Virus record (IMG/VR): IMGVR_UViG_3300028920_002366
Span: 1 to 57,860 of that record
Strand: one strand, 5' to 3'
Length of the DNA: 57,860 nt
DNA from: a virus
Taxonomy: Duplodnaviria > Caudoviricetes
Both the position numbers and the translations under genes were made by a program. The notes below the pieces were generated by a model that was not told the origin of the DNA, did no database searches, and saw only the letters and a program-made list of their open reading frames with translations. Shown in pieces: positions 1 to 9,036 of this stretch; the first letter of the stretch is position 1; each line of letters begins with the position of its first letter.

Positions 1-185
1 TTAATCTCAATTGTTCTTTTTTTTGTTTAGATATTTTCTTCATAAGTAATTGGTTTAATTAAAAATAAGAAATAAGTGTTGAAAGTTTCGTAAAAAAGTG
101 TTACAATTATAATATAAGATAAAACACGCAAAAAAGGAGAAAAAAATGAAAACACTCGAACAAGAACTCAAAGAAATGCAAACAC
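1..185. repeat. Near-identical copy of 13237-13422 (HNH 5' end, promoter, RBS, first 13 codons of ORF 13383)
   Basis: Direct comparison shows 3 substitutions and 8 vs 9 T in the T-run. Confidence 0.95.
79..107 (+). promoter_or_regulatory. sigma70-type promoter
   Basis: TTGAAA-17 nt-TACAAT with TG extension; AAGGAG RBS precedes ATG 146. Confidence 0.7.
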
Positions 186-1444
186 TATATCGCACAGACG
201 GAACAACAATAGATAGCTCTAACAAGTTGTCACTCACAGAGTTAGTATTGAAGAACAAAGATAATCTTTCGGAAGCCAATCTCCGAAAAGCCAATATCAG
301 TTGCGTTGATCTCAGTAGCGTTGATCTTAGTTTCGCCGATCTACGGGAAGCCAATCTCCGAAAAGCCAATCTCCGAAAAGCCAATCTCAGTTACGCCAAT
401 CTCCGGGGAGCCGATTTCCGGGAAGCAAATCTCCGAAAAGCCAATCTCAATTACGCCAATCTCCGGGGAGCCGATTTCCGGGAAGCAAATCTCCGGGGAG
501 CCGATTTCCGGGAAGCAGATCTCAGTTTCGCCAATCTCCGGAAATTCGATCTCAGTTTCACAGATCTCAGTTACGCCAATCTCCGGGGAGCCGATCTACG
601 GGAAGCCAATCTCCGAAAAGCCAATCTCCGAAAAGCCAATCTCCGAAAAGCCAATCTCAGTTACGCCAATCTCCGGGGAGCTGATTTCCGGGAAGCAAAT
701 CTCCAGGGAGCCGATTTCCGGGAAGCCAATCTCAGTTTCGCCAATCTCCGGAAATTCGATCTCAGTTTCACAGATCTCAGTTTCGCCGATCTCCGGGAAG
801 CAGATCTCCAGAAAGCCGATCTCCGAGAAGCCAATCTTCGAAAAGCAAATCTCAGTTTAGCCGATCTCAGTTACGCCAATCTCCGGAAATCCAATCTCAG
901 TTTCGCTGATCTCCGGGAAGCCGATCTCCGGGAAGCAGATCTCCAGAAAGCCGATCTCCGAGAAGCCAATCTTCGAAAAGCAAATCTCAGTTTCGCCGAT
1001 CTCAGTTTCACAGATCTCAGTAGCGTTGATCTCAGTTTCGCCAATCTCAGTTTCGCTGATCTCCGGAAAGCCGATCTCAGGAAAGTCAATCTCCAGGGAG
1101 CCGATCTCCGAGAAGTCGATTTCCGCTGGTCGATAATCGATGATGCAGATCTCCGCAACGCGAAATATGACTACAAAACCCTGATGCTTCAAGTTAATTG
1201 GGGAGAACTTTCTGACAAACTCACACTTGAACTCATGCGCCAGGACACGCAGCTAATCGGTGAGGATCTGATAACAGCCTGGGCTAATGGCGGCGAATGT
1301 CCTTACGAAGTTTTGAATAGGGATCGAGATTACAAATTCAATGTAAAAAAACACCTCTGGAAACCAGGAAAGCCGAAGTACAGAAAAGATCAGATGTGGG
1401 ATCTTTTTGAGGCGCTTTGTAAGGAAAAAGGAGTGAAGATCTGA
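146..1444 (+). CDS. Pentapeptide repeat protein, copy A (chimeric N-terminus)
   Basis: A(D/N)Lxx repeats and the conserved C-cap (WGELSD..LELMRQD..WANGGECPY..LWKPGKP). The N-terminal MKTLEQELKEMQT is identical to ORF 13383. Confidence 0.9.
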   Translation: MKTLEQELKEMQTLYRTDGTTIDSSNKLSLTELVLKNKDNLSEANLRKANISCVDLSSVDLSFADLREANLRKANLRKANLSYANLRGADFREANLRKANLNYANLRGADFREANLRGADFREADLSFANLRKFDLSFTDLSYANLRGADLREANLRKANLRKANLRKANLSYANLRGADFREANLQGADFREANLSFANLRKFDLSFTDLSFADLREADLQKADLREANLRKANLSLADLSYANLRKSNLSFADLREADLREADLQKADLREANLRKANLSFADLSFTDLSSVDLSFANLSFADLRKADLRKVNLQGADLREVDFRWSIIDDADLRNAKYDYKTLMLQVNWGELSDKLTLELMRQDTQLIGEDLITAWANGGECPYEVLNRDRDYKFNVKKHLWKPGKPKYRKDQMWDLFEALCKEKGVKI

Positions 1445-1494
1445 TGTTAAGCAAAACAGCAAAAATTATTAACATTGTAACACAAAGGAGTTGA
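1444..1494 (+). other. Linker mini-ORF MLSKTAKIINIVTQRS, a truncated copy of the recT 5' end
   Basis: Matches the recT start (MSSKTEKII...IVTQ) with an internal deletion. Repeated at 57297-57347. Confidence 0.7.
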
Positions 1495-1496
1495 AA

Positions 1497-2180
1497 ATGC
1501 CAACACTATATCGCACAGACGGAATAATAATAAATAGATCTAACAAGTTGTAACTCACAGAGTTAGTAAGGAAGAACAAGGATAAACTTTTGGAAGCCGA
1601 TCTCAAAAAAGCTAATCTTTGGGGAGTTAATCTCCTGGGAGCCAATCTCCGAAAAGCCAATATCAGTTACGCCAATCTCAGATTCGCCGATCTCCGTTAC
1701 GCCAATCTCCAGGGATCCGATCTCAGTTTCGCCAATCTCCGAAAAGCCAATCTCAGTTTCGCCGATCTCAGTTACGCCAATCTCCAGAAAGCAGATCTCC
1801 AGAAAGCCAATCTCCGGGAAGCCAATCTCCGGGAAGCCGATCTCCGAGAAGCCGATCTAAACTGGACGATAATAGCAGGAACCGACCTTCGAGGAGCGAA
1901 ATACGACTACAAAACTCTCATGCTTCAAGTTGATTGGGGAGAACTTTCCGACGAACTCACACTCGAACTCATGCGCCAGGACACGCAGCTAATCGGTGAG
2001 GATCTGATAACAGCCTGGGCTAATGGCGGCGAATGTCCTTACGAAGTTTTGAATAGGGATCGAGATTACAAATTCAATGTAAAAAAACACCTCTGGAAAC
2101 CAGGAAAACCGAAGTACAGAAAAGATCAGATGTGGGATCTTTTTGAGGCGCTTTGTGAGGAGAAAGGGGTGGTGATATAA
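1497..2180 (+). pseudogene. Pentapeptide repeat protein, copy B, with in-frame TAA at 1551-1553
   Basis: RBS followed by ATG CCA ACA CTA TAT CGC as in the paralogs. The consensus TCA codon is TAA here; the frame stays open downstream (ORF 1590-2180). Confidence 0.8.
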
Positions 2181-2968
2181 TGTCAAGCAAAACAGAAAAA
2201 ATTATACAAGAGCTTGAAAATAATAGCATTGTAACACAAAATTCACAACTGTCTTTTGCCGATTATATTGAACAAAACAAAGACGAATTTGCAAAAGTTA
2301 TTCCTTCTAATATGAAACTTGACAAAATACTAAGGCTTGGTATAGCAGCTTACAAAAGGAAACCTCAATTAATGGCTTGTACTCAGGATTCTGTGGCTAT
2401 GGCTATTATGGAAGCTACATCACTAGGTCTTGAGATAGATACTCCAATGCACCAGTGTACTATAGTTCCAGTCAATGATTACAAAAACAAATGCAAATCA
2501 GCAGAGTTATGGATCGAATACGAAGGGTATGTAGCTCTTATGTATCGGCACCAGAAAGTAATATCTATATTTGCCAGTGAGGTATATATGGATGATGAGT
2601 TTGATTTTCAGTATGGGACTGATAGTTTTCTTAAGCACAAACCAAACGGAAATAGTATAAGTGAAAAAATATCCTTTTTTTACTGTTGTGTCAAGCTTGT
2701 AGGTGGTCATATTTTTAGGGTTATGACAAAAAAACAAGTTGATAATGTTCGTGATAGCTATTCAAAAGCTTATAACTATAATCAATCAGACAAGAATACT
2801 CCGTGGAATCAGGATTATATAGCTATGGGAAAAAAAACTGTAATAAGGGCAATAAATAAATTTGTACCGAAAACAACAGAAGTTTCAATGGCTTATGATA
2901 CTGATATTGCTTCAGTTTGGGTAAAAGGGGAAGAAAAACATAAAAATATTATTAAAGGAGAAAGTTAA
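2180..2968 (+). CDS. recT: RecT-family single-strand annealing recombinase
   Basis: PQLMACTQDSVAMAIMEATSLGLE, IEYEGYVAL, EVYMDDEF, PW..DY.AMGKKTVIR motifs. Confidence 0.9.
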   Translation: MSSKTEKIIQELENNSIVTQNSQLSFADYIEQNKDEFAKVIPSNMKLDKILRLGIAAYKRKPQLMACTQDSVAMAIMEATSLGLEIDTPMHQCTIVPVNDYKNKCKSAELWIEYEGYVALMYRHQKVISIFASEVYMDDEFDFQYGTDSFLKHKPNGNSISEKISFFYCCVKLVGGHIFRVMTKKQVDNVRDSYSKAYNYNQSDKNTPWNQDYIAMGKKTVIRAINKFVPKTTEVSMAYDTDIASVWVKGEEKHKNIIKGES

Positions 2969-3541
2969 ATGCAAATATTATATCGCACAAACGGAATAAT
3001 AATCGATAGCTCTAACGAACTGTCAATTAAGGAGTTAGTTATAAAAAACAAACATAACCTTTTGGATGCCGATCTCAAAAAAGCCGATCTTCGAGAAATC
3101 AATTTGCAAGGAGGCGATCTCCGGGAAGCCAATCTCAGTTTCGCTGATCTCCGGGAAGCCGATCTCTGGAACATAGATTTCCAGGATGCTAATCTCCGGG
3201 AGGCAGATCTCCGGAAAGCATTACTTGAGGATGTTAATTTTCAAGGTACAGATCTCCGAGAAGCAAATCTACAGGATGCTAATCTCAAAGGAACCTATCT
3301 CAAGGAAACAGACCTCAGAGGAGCAAAATACGATTACAAAAAACTCATGTTTCAAGTGGATTGGGATGAACTTTCCGAAGGCCTCACCCTCGAACTCATG
3401 CGCCAGGATGCTGATTTGAGTGGAAAACTAAGTTTTAGATATAAAAGATTATGGAAACCCGGAAAACCAAAATACGGAAAAGATCAGATGTGGGATCTTT
3501 TTAAGGCGCTTTGTGAGGAGAAGGGGGTGAAAATAAAATGA
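2969..3541 (+). CDS. Pentapeptide repeat protein, copy C (C-cap lacks the GGECPY segment)
   Basis: Same N-cap and repeats as the paralogs; the C-cap is shortened. Confidence 0.88.
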   Translation: MQILYRTNGIIIDSSNELSIKELVIKNKHNLLDADLKKADLREINLQGGDLREANLSFADLREADLWNIDFQDANLREADLRKALLEDVNFQGTDLREANLQDANLKGTYLKETDLRGAKYDYKKLMFQVDWDELSEGLTLELMRQDADLSGKLSFRYKRLWKPGKPKYGKDQMWDLFKALCEEKGVKIK

Positions 3542-4092
3542 TTAAAAAAAATAAAAACTATATGATTGATATAAAAGTACTTAATGATAGTGGTTATAAC
3601 GAAGCAATGTTAGGAATATCGCTAAACAAGAAAAAAAATATTGACACGGCAAAAAAAGTATCGTATAATTTGTATAACAAAGATTTTGGACATAATAAGT
3701 TTCTTGAGCATATGTACCTTTGGTTGTTGGTGAAAGCCCCAAGGTATTGGTGGCAAGAGGCTGATACTTATAGGTTGTCGTCAAAAAATAGCGAATCAAC
3801 AATGCACACTATTTTGAAAAGAAAACTAACTTTTGCAGATTTCGAACCTGATGGAGTTTCAGAAAGAAAACTAAAAGAACTTAATCAATATGTAAAAAAC
3901 AAAAATTTTTTAATTCTTAAAAAAAGATTAAATGAATCTTTTTTGCAGCAAAGAATGTGGGTAATAAGCTATAAAACTATGAGAAATATAATAATACAAA
4001 GATATAATCATAGGTTACCACACTGGAAAGATTTTTGTGACAAAATAGTAAATAATTGTAAAAATCCAAGCTATCTCAACATAAAACAATAA
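3538..4092 (+). CDS. Divergent ThyX-like protein
   Basis: HNKFL, APRYWWQEADTYR, NSESTMH and R.NHRLPHW..FC are typical of phage ThyX-like proteins. The canonical RHR motif is absent. Confidence 0.6.
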   Translation: MIKKNKNYMIDIKVLNDSGYNEAMLGISLNKKKNIDTAKKVSYNLYNKDFGHNKFLEHMYLWLLVKAPRYWWQEADTYRLSSKNSESTMHTILKRKLTFADFEPDGVSERKLKELNQYVKNKNFLILKKRLNESFLQQRMWVISYKTMRNIIIQRYNHRLPHWKDFCDKIVNNCKNPSYLNIKQ

Positions 4093-4101
4093 GGAGGAAT
4101 T

Positions 4102-4233
4102 ATGTATAGAATATTAATCGATAATAGGTATTATTTTGGAAATATTTTTTGGAAAGAAGAAGATGTTAAAAAAATATTTCCAAAATTACAAAATCTTGGA
4201 ATAAGTTTTTGTATTGAAAGGATAAATAAATGA
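4102..4233 (+). CDS. Small hypothetical protein (43 aa)
   Basis: AAGGAGG RBS; its stop overlaps the next start. Not in the ORF track. Confidence 0.5.
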   Translation: MYRILIDNRYYFGNIFWKEEDVKKIFPKLQNLGISFCIERINK

Positions 4234-4406
4234 TGGATAAAGAATTAGAAAAAAAAGAAGTTGATGGCTATAAAGAATTAGGCAAATCCTTTATAGATTT
4301 AGGCAATGTCCTTTTAAAGGAAGATTTCACGGTGGATGAACTAAGAAGAGCCGCATCAAACTGTAATATGTCTGTTAATTTAGTTTTAAGTTTCGCAAAA
4401 AAATAG
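4230..4406 (+). CDS. Small hypothetical protein (58 aa)
   Basis: ATGA overlap with the previous ORF; open frame MMDKELEKKE... Confidence 0.5.
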   Translation: MMDKELEKKEVDGYKELGKSFIDLGNVLLKEDFTVDELRRAASNCNMSVNLVLSFAKK

Positions 4407-4424
4407 TCTTTTCGCAAAAAAATA
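4391..4424. repeat. 15-bp direct repeat TTTCGCAAAAAAATA upstream of terS
   Basis: Copies at 4391-4405 and 4410-4424. Confidence 0.8.
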
Positions 4425-4439
4425 CTTATATTATAATAT

Positions 4440-4946
4440 ATGAAAAAAATAAATTACAACAAAGTCGAATGGTATTATAATATTGGTCTTTCCACTACAG
4501 AGGTTATTAAGCTTTTGGGTATTAGTCTTTGTGCTTTTCGGCAAAGAATTAGAAACAAATATAATGTATCAATTGAAGATTATATTAAAAGCATTAATAG
4601 CGATAAAAAAGATGGAAGACCTAAAATAGAGATTGACTATGATCAAGTTAAAAGATTATGCCAAATTTTTTGTACACAGGAAGAAATTTGCAATTTTTTT
4701 GGAATTTCAGTAGATACTATAGAGAGAAGGTTTCAGGAAAGATATGGCAAAACTTTCCAAGAAAAATACAAACAATTTTCTGTTGACGGAAAGATATCAC
4801 TAAGAAGAAAACAGTTCAAAAGATGCGAAGAGGGTAGTGATACTATGCTTGTATGGATGGGCAAAAATCACCTTGGACAAAAAGACAAAAATGAACAAGA
4901 AATACTTGATCATGAAATTAAAATAACATACGAAGAAGATAATTAA
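4440..4946 (+). CDS. terS: Terminase small subunit with two HTH-like segments
   Basis: GRPKIEID..CTQEEI..FFGISVDTI..R, SLRRKQF, MLVWMGKNHLGQKD; lies directly upstream of terL. Confidence 0.75.
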   Translation: MKKINYNKVEWYYNIGLSTTEVIKLLGISLCAFRQRIRNKYNVSIEDYIKSINSDKKDGRPKIEIDYDQVKRLCQIFCTQEEICNFFGISVDTIERRFQERYGKTFQEKYKQFSVDGKISLRRKQFKRCEEGSDTMLVWMGKNHLGQKDKNEQEILDHEIKITYEEDN

Positions 4947-4982
4947 TATACCTTCCTTTTTGAGTGTTTTTCGTATTATTGG

Positions 4983-5015
4983 AATAGCCTGTGTAATGCG
5001 GGCTATTTTTATTTT
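4983..5015 (+). terminator. Intrinsic terminator between terS and terL
   Basis: AATAGCCTGT-loop-GCGGGCTATT followed by a T-rich tract. Confidence 0.6.
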
Positions 5016-5081
5016 CGAAAGGTTACAAATGTGGCAAAAACAAATAAAAGAAGATTTTTATTTGTTTAAAAAAGAATTTCG

Positions 5082-6407
5082 GTGGATTACAAGATAAAAA
5101 TTAAAAGACTTCCTCACCAAAAAGAGTTTATGTCGTCAAAAGCTCTTACAAAAGCTCTTGTAACAGGCTATGGTGGAGGAAAAACATTTTGTATGGTTCA
5201 AGAGGGAATTAAGCACAGCTTCTTAGATCCAGGGATTCCTCACATGCTTGTGTCTCCAACGTATCCTATGGCTGAACAAACTATAATACCAACTATAATT
5301 GAAATATTAGAAGATTATTTTGAACCTTCTTTACAGGAGGGAAGGGATTATTTTTATAATCGCAGTAAACATAATTTTTACATCAAAAAATGGAATGGTA
5401 TAATCTGGGTAAGGAGTGCTGATAAACCTAGCTCGCTGAAAGGTCCAAACTTGGGGAGTTTTGGGATAGATGAACCTGGGCTTATCAAAGATAGTAATGT
5501 ATACAAAATAATGATATCCAGGAGAAGGCACCCAAGAGCAAAATATCCACAAGGATACCTATCAGGTACACCAGAAGGCCTAAATTGGTTTTTTGATCTC
5601 TGTGAAGGCGATAAAATACCTAAAGATTTTTGTCTTGTCAAAGGGAAAACAACAGATAATACACATTTGTCTATAGATTACATTAATGACCTATATGACC
5701 AATATGACGAGCAGTTGGTACAAGCGTATATAAATGGCGAGTTTGTCAACCTTGAGGGTGGTTCTGCTTATTATTCTTTTTCAAATAGTTTGTATCCAAA
5801 AGGTAATTTAATTGATGATTTTGAGATAAACCCTTCAAGACCTTTAGTTCTTGGTATGGATTTTAATTATAATCCAATGACACTTGTAATAGGCCAGGAG
5901 GTTATGGTTAACAAAGAGGTAAAATTTATTGTTTTTGACGAGTTGTTTCGAAAAAATTGTGACACAGATATGGCCATAGAACAAGTTTTGGAAAAATATG
6001 GGAAGTATAAGTTTAATGTCTATCCAGACATGAGTGCATATTCAGACAGTGCTCATGGAAGTGCTAAGTCTGATATAACACTTATAAAAAATACTTTCGA
6101 AAGATATAAAAAAAGACCAATAAACGATTATATAATTAAAGGCAAATCTGCAAACCCACCTCGGAAAGACCGCCTCAATTCTGTCAATACATTACTTAGA
6201 AATGCAAAAGGCGAAATAAAATTACTTATCCAGAAAAAATGTAAATTTTTGCTGGAAGACTTGAAAAAATGCCTAATGGAAGAGTATATTAATGGAAGAT
6301 ATGTTGATCCAGAAAGGGGTCATATTACTGATGCATTAGGATATGCTGTACACGCTAGATACCCAGTCAGAATAGACAGATATTACAATAATTTAATTAT
6401 TCATTAA
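5082..6407 (+). CDS. terL: Terminase large subunit
   Basis: Walker A GYGGGKT, Walker B FGIDEP, GTPEGLNW, nuclease LGMDFN and HITDALGY. Confidence 0.95.
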   Translation: MDYKIKIKRLPHQKEFMSSKALTKALVTGYGGGKTFCMVQEGIKHSFLDPGIPHMLVSPTYPMAEQTIIPTIIEILEDYFEPSLQEGRDYFYNRSKHNFYIKKWNGIIWVRSADKPSSLKGPNLGSFGIDEPGLIKDSNVYKIMISRRRHPRAKYPQGYLSGTPEGLNWFFDLCEGDKIPKDFCLVKGKTTDNTHLSIDYINDLYDQYDEQLVQAYINGEFVNLEGGSAYYSFSNSLYPKGNLIDDFEINPSRPLVLGMDFNYNPMTLVIGQEVMVNKEVKFIVFDELFRKNCDTDMAIEQVLEKYGKYKFNVYPDMSAYSDSAHGSAKSDITLIKNTFERYKKRPINDYIIKGKSANPPRKDRLNSVNTLLRNAKGEIKLLIQKKCKFLLEDLKKCLMEEYINGRYVDPERGHITDALGYAVHARYPVRIDRYYNNLIIH

Positions 6408-6418
6408 AAGGATCTATT

Positions 6419-7882
6419 ATGGAAAATACAATCCCAATAAACGAAGAGATATCATCAAGGTTAGATACTTGGAATAGAATCGAAGCTCTTCTAACGCGAG
6501 ATGAAAATTATACCAAAAATAAACTATGTATACAGTTCCCAAACGAAAGCCAATCCGCTTACGAAGAACGAAAGAAATATTTTAATAGAACTTTTGTTAA
6601 CATAACTCAAGACCTTGTAAATGCCCCAGTTAATACTATATTTCGTCAAGGATTAAAAGATGAGTTTCGGCAAGATAATACTACATTGGAAAAATTTCAT
6701 AATAATGTTAATATTGGCGAAAATGAGATATCTCTTAGTGATTATATCCAAACTTATGTTGCTCCATCATTTAGGAGCTATGGTAATATTTGTTCACTTA
6801 TCGAGTTACCTGGAATTACGGTTAACAATAGACAGCAACAACAAGATCTAATTAAGCCGTATATTACAAATATAAAACTTCAAGATATTATCAATTGGCA
6901 GTATTATAATGATCAACTAATTTGGTTTGCTTACAAGGGCGCTTATTCAAAATTATGGCAGGACCCTATCAGTGAGCCTACCCCAGAGTCTCAGGGAGTT
7001 ACAATTTTGTGGACATTAGAAAAAGTATACATAATAGGTGATAATCAAAAAATAATTGACAGTTGGGATAATAAATATGGTATAATTCCAATTGTAATGA
7101 TGGGTACTTTTTATATTTCGCCTGAAAATCGTATTGGTAATGCTGCTATGTTTCAATCTTCACAGTCTATAGTAATAATGAATAACCTATTAAATCAAGG
7201 AGTATACGAGTTATTCAAACACGGAGGGTCATTATTACTTATGCACGAAGATTCTATGTTGGCCACAAACTTGACAACCGATAATGATGGTGAATCAAAA
7301 ATTAAAAGGCTTGATTATAATGGGATGCTTACAATGTCTGGAGAGGTGGAACCAAAATATTTAGTCAAAGAGCTAAAAACTGAAGATATTATGGAATGGG
7401 CAATGTATTACAAAAAAGAAGCTATAGAAAACGAAAGAGATCTTAGGAGTGTAGCAAATAAAGGGGTTAAAGGCAAAACAGTACAAGAGTCAGGGTTTGC
7501 TAAAGTAATTGACAGAGAGCCACTTGAAACAAACCTTATAGCTCTATCTAATAGTTGTGAGTTGTATACAAAAAAAATAAACAAAATTGTCAACACATTA
7601 ACAAATGAAAAAACAGAAAATATATTTGAATTCGATAAAGATTATGATATGAGAACCCTAAAACAAAAATACGAAGACATGCAGATAGCGATAAAAAACA
7701 GAGTAAACGATATTTCTCCTACTTTGTATAAAGAACTTTGGAAAAATATAGCACCAGAAAATGTTAAGGATCATGAAACACTTGATAAAATATTTGAAGA
7801 AATCGAAAGTTATAAAGATGATGATTTTGATGATGAAAATAATGAAATTATAGATCAATTTAATAATCTACAAAAAAAATAA
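6419..7882 (+). CDS. Portal protein
   Basis: 487 aa, directly after terL. FPNES..AYEER, N.YGIIPIV and ESG.A motifs. Confidence 0.85.
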   Translation: MENTIPINEEISSRLDTWNRIEALLTRDENYTKNKLCIQFPNESQSAYEERKKYFNRTFVNITQDLVNAPVNTIFRQGLKDEFRQDNTTLEKFHNNVNIGENEISLSDYIQTYVAPSFRSYGNICSLIELPGITVNNRQQQQDLIKPYITNIKLQDIINWQYYNDQLIWFAYKGAYSKLWQDPISEPTPESQGVTILWTLEKVYIIGDNQKIIDSWDNKYGIIPIVMMGTFYISPENRIGNAAMFQSSQSIVIMNNLLNQGVYELFKHGGSLLLMHEDSMLATNLTTDNDGESKIKRLDYNGMLTMSGEVEPKYLVKELKTEDIMEWAMYYKKEAIENERDLRSVANKGVKGKTVQESGFAKVIDREPLETNLIALSNSCELYTKKINKIVNTLTNEKTENIFEFDKDYDMRTLKQKYEDMQIAIKNRVNDISPTLYKELWKNIAPENVKDHETLDKIFEEIESYKDDDFDDENNEIIDQFNNLQKK

Positions 7883-7883
7883 C

Positions 7884-7912
7884 TTGAAAGATGATAAAAA
7901 TGGTGATAAAAT
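7884..7912 (+). promoter_or_regulatory. sigma70-type promoter, probably for a leaderless transcript
   Basis: TTGAAA-17-TAAAAT with TG extension; ATG at 7919 has no RBS. Confidence 0.55.
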
Positions 7913-7918
7913 TAAGTA

Positions 7919-8098
7919 ATGAGAAAAAAGTACAAAAATTATAAAAAAGCAACTGAAGAAAGTTTGTCGAAAATATTAGAAGAGTATATTTCTGCGATGA
8001 ATACTAGAAAATTAGAAGGCATACCTTATGATAGTATTATTACGCAAATTATAAAAATACAGCATCAAATTATATATTTAAAAAAAGGAAAAAAATGA
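7919..8098 (+). CDS. Hypothetical protein (59 aa)
   Basis: Open frame MRKKYKNY... ending in an ATGA overlap with ORF 8095. Confidence 0.55.
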   Translation: MRKKYKNYKKATEESLSKILEEYISAMNTRKLEGIPYDSIITQIIKIQHQIIYLKKGKK

Positions 8099-9036
8099 AT
8101 ATATTGTTTAACGGCCATAAATCTGGCCTTGGGAATAATGGTGGAACAAAAACTATTGTTAATTCGATTAATGTGATAAATAGATTAAGTGACAACAAAG
8201 CATATGTTATCGGAAAAAATTATTATACATGGAATAATATTAATCATATTATATTACAAGACATAACAAGAATATATGATAATTATTTTGATTATATTAT
8301 AAACGTATCTATAATTGACGTAGAACAAACAATTAGTATTAACGAAAAAACAAAAATACCCATTGTATGGTGGCTCCGTGGTTGGGAAAAATGGGTATAT
8401 GGTGAAGAAGAGCTAATAAGAAAAATTAAGAAATTCGCAAAATATGGAAAAATATTAGCAAATTCATCATGGCTTGTTGACCACGTCAAAGAAAAATGTG
8501 GTGTTGATTGTGTGTTGTGTTTCGCTGGGGTTGATATAGATTTTTGGCAAGATAGATATTACAATCTTAAGTGTGAAAAAAATAAGCTATCATATGGTGC
8601 AACTATATACGAAAGACATCCTACAAAAAATTCTAATATATTATATTTTCTTCAAGATGATTATGTAAAAAACAAAAAAATAAATTTTCGCTACATAAAT
8701 ATTAAAGATGGGCTTAATGACGATGCTCTAAAGTATTACTACTATAGCCTGAATGGATACGTAGCACCAACTGAACTTGAAGGGTTCCACAACTCAGCAG
8801 CAGAGGCAGCACTTTGTGGTTGTCTTGTATTTTGCAACAGAAAAAAAGAAAACGGTATGGGTGATTATGCAAACGAATTAACAGCGGAAAGGTTTTCGTC
8901 TGTCAATGAATTGAAACACAAACTAGAAAACCCGAATTTTGACAAAATTACAAAAATGATGGAACAAATTATAAAGAAAGTTGGTACAAGAGAAGAAAAT
9001 ATGAAAAAGTTTATCAATATTTTAAAAGGATCCTAA
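8095..9036 (+). CDS. GT-B (GT4-like) glycosyltransferase
   Basis: N-terminal GG motif, ANSSW, and EGFHNSAAEAALCG (Ex7E). Confidence 0.75.
   Translation: MNILFNGHKSGLGNNGGTKTIVNSINVINRLSDNKAYVIGKNYYTWNNINHIILQDITRIYDNYFDYIINVSIIDVEQTISINEKTKIPIVWWLRGWEKWVYGEEELIRKIKKFAKYGKILANSSWLVDHVKEKCGVDCVLCFAGVDIDFWQDRYYNLKCEKNKLSYGATIYERHPTKNSNILYFLQDDYVKNKKINFRYINIKDGLNDDALKYYYYSLNGYVAPTELEGFHNSAAEAALCGCLVFCNRKKENGMGDYANELTAERFSSVNELKHKLENPNFDKITKMMEQIIKKVGTREENMKKFINILKGS

Noticed and set aside
270-1130. CRISPR-like array
   Set aside because: The 15-nt period has only ~6 variable nt and is in-frame coding. There are no unique spacers and no cas genes.
55-1192. Alternative-frame ORFs (PISGKPIS..., RRLAFRRS..., EIGFPEIG...) over the cassettes, here and at the other copies
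   Set aside because: They are shadows of stop-free 15-nt repeats, with no RBS and no conserved ends.
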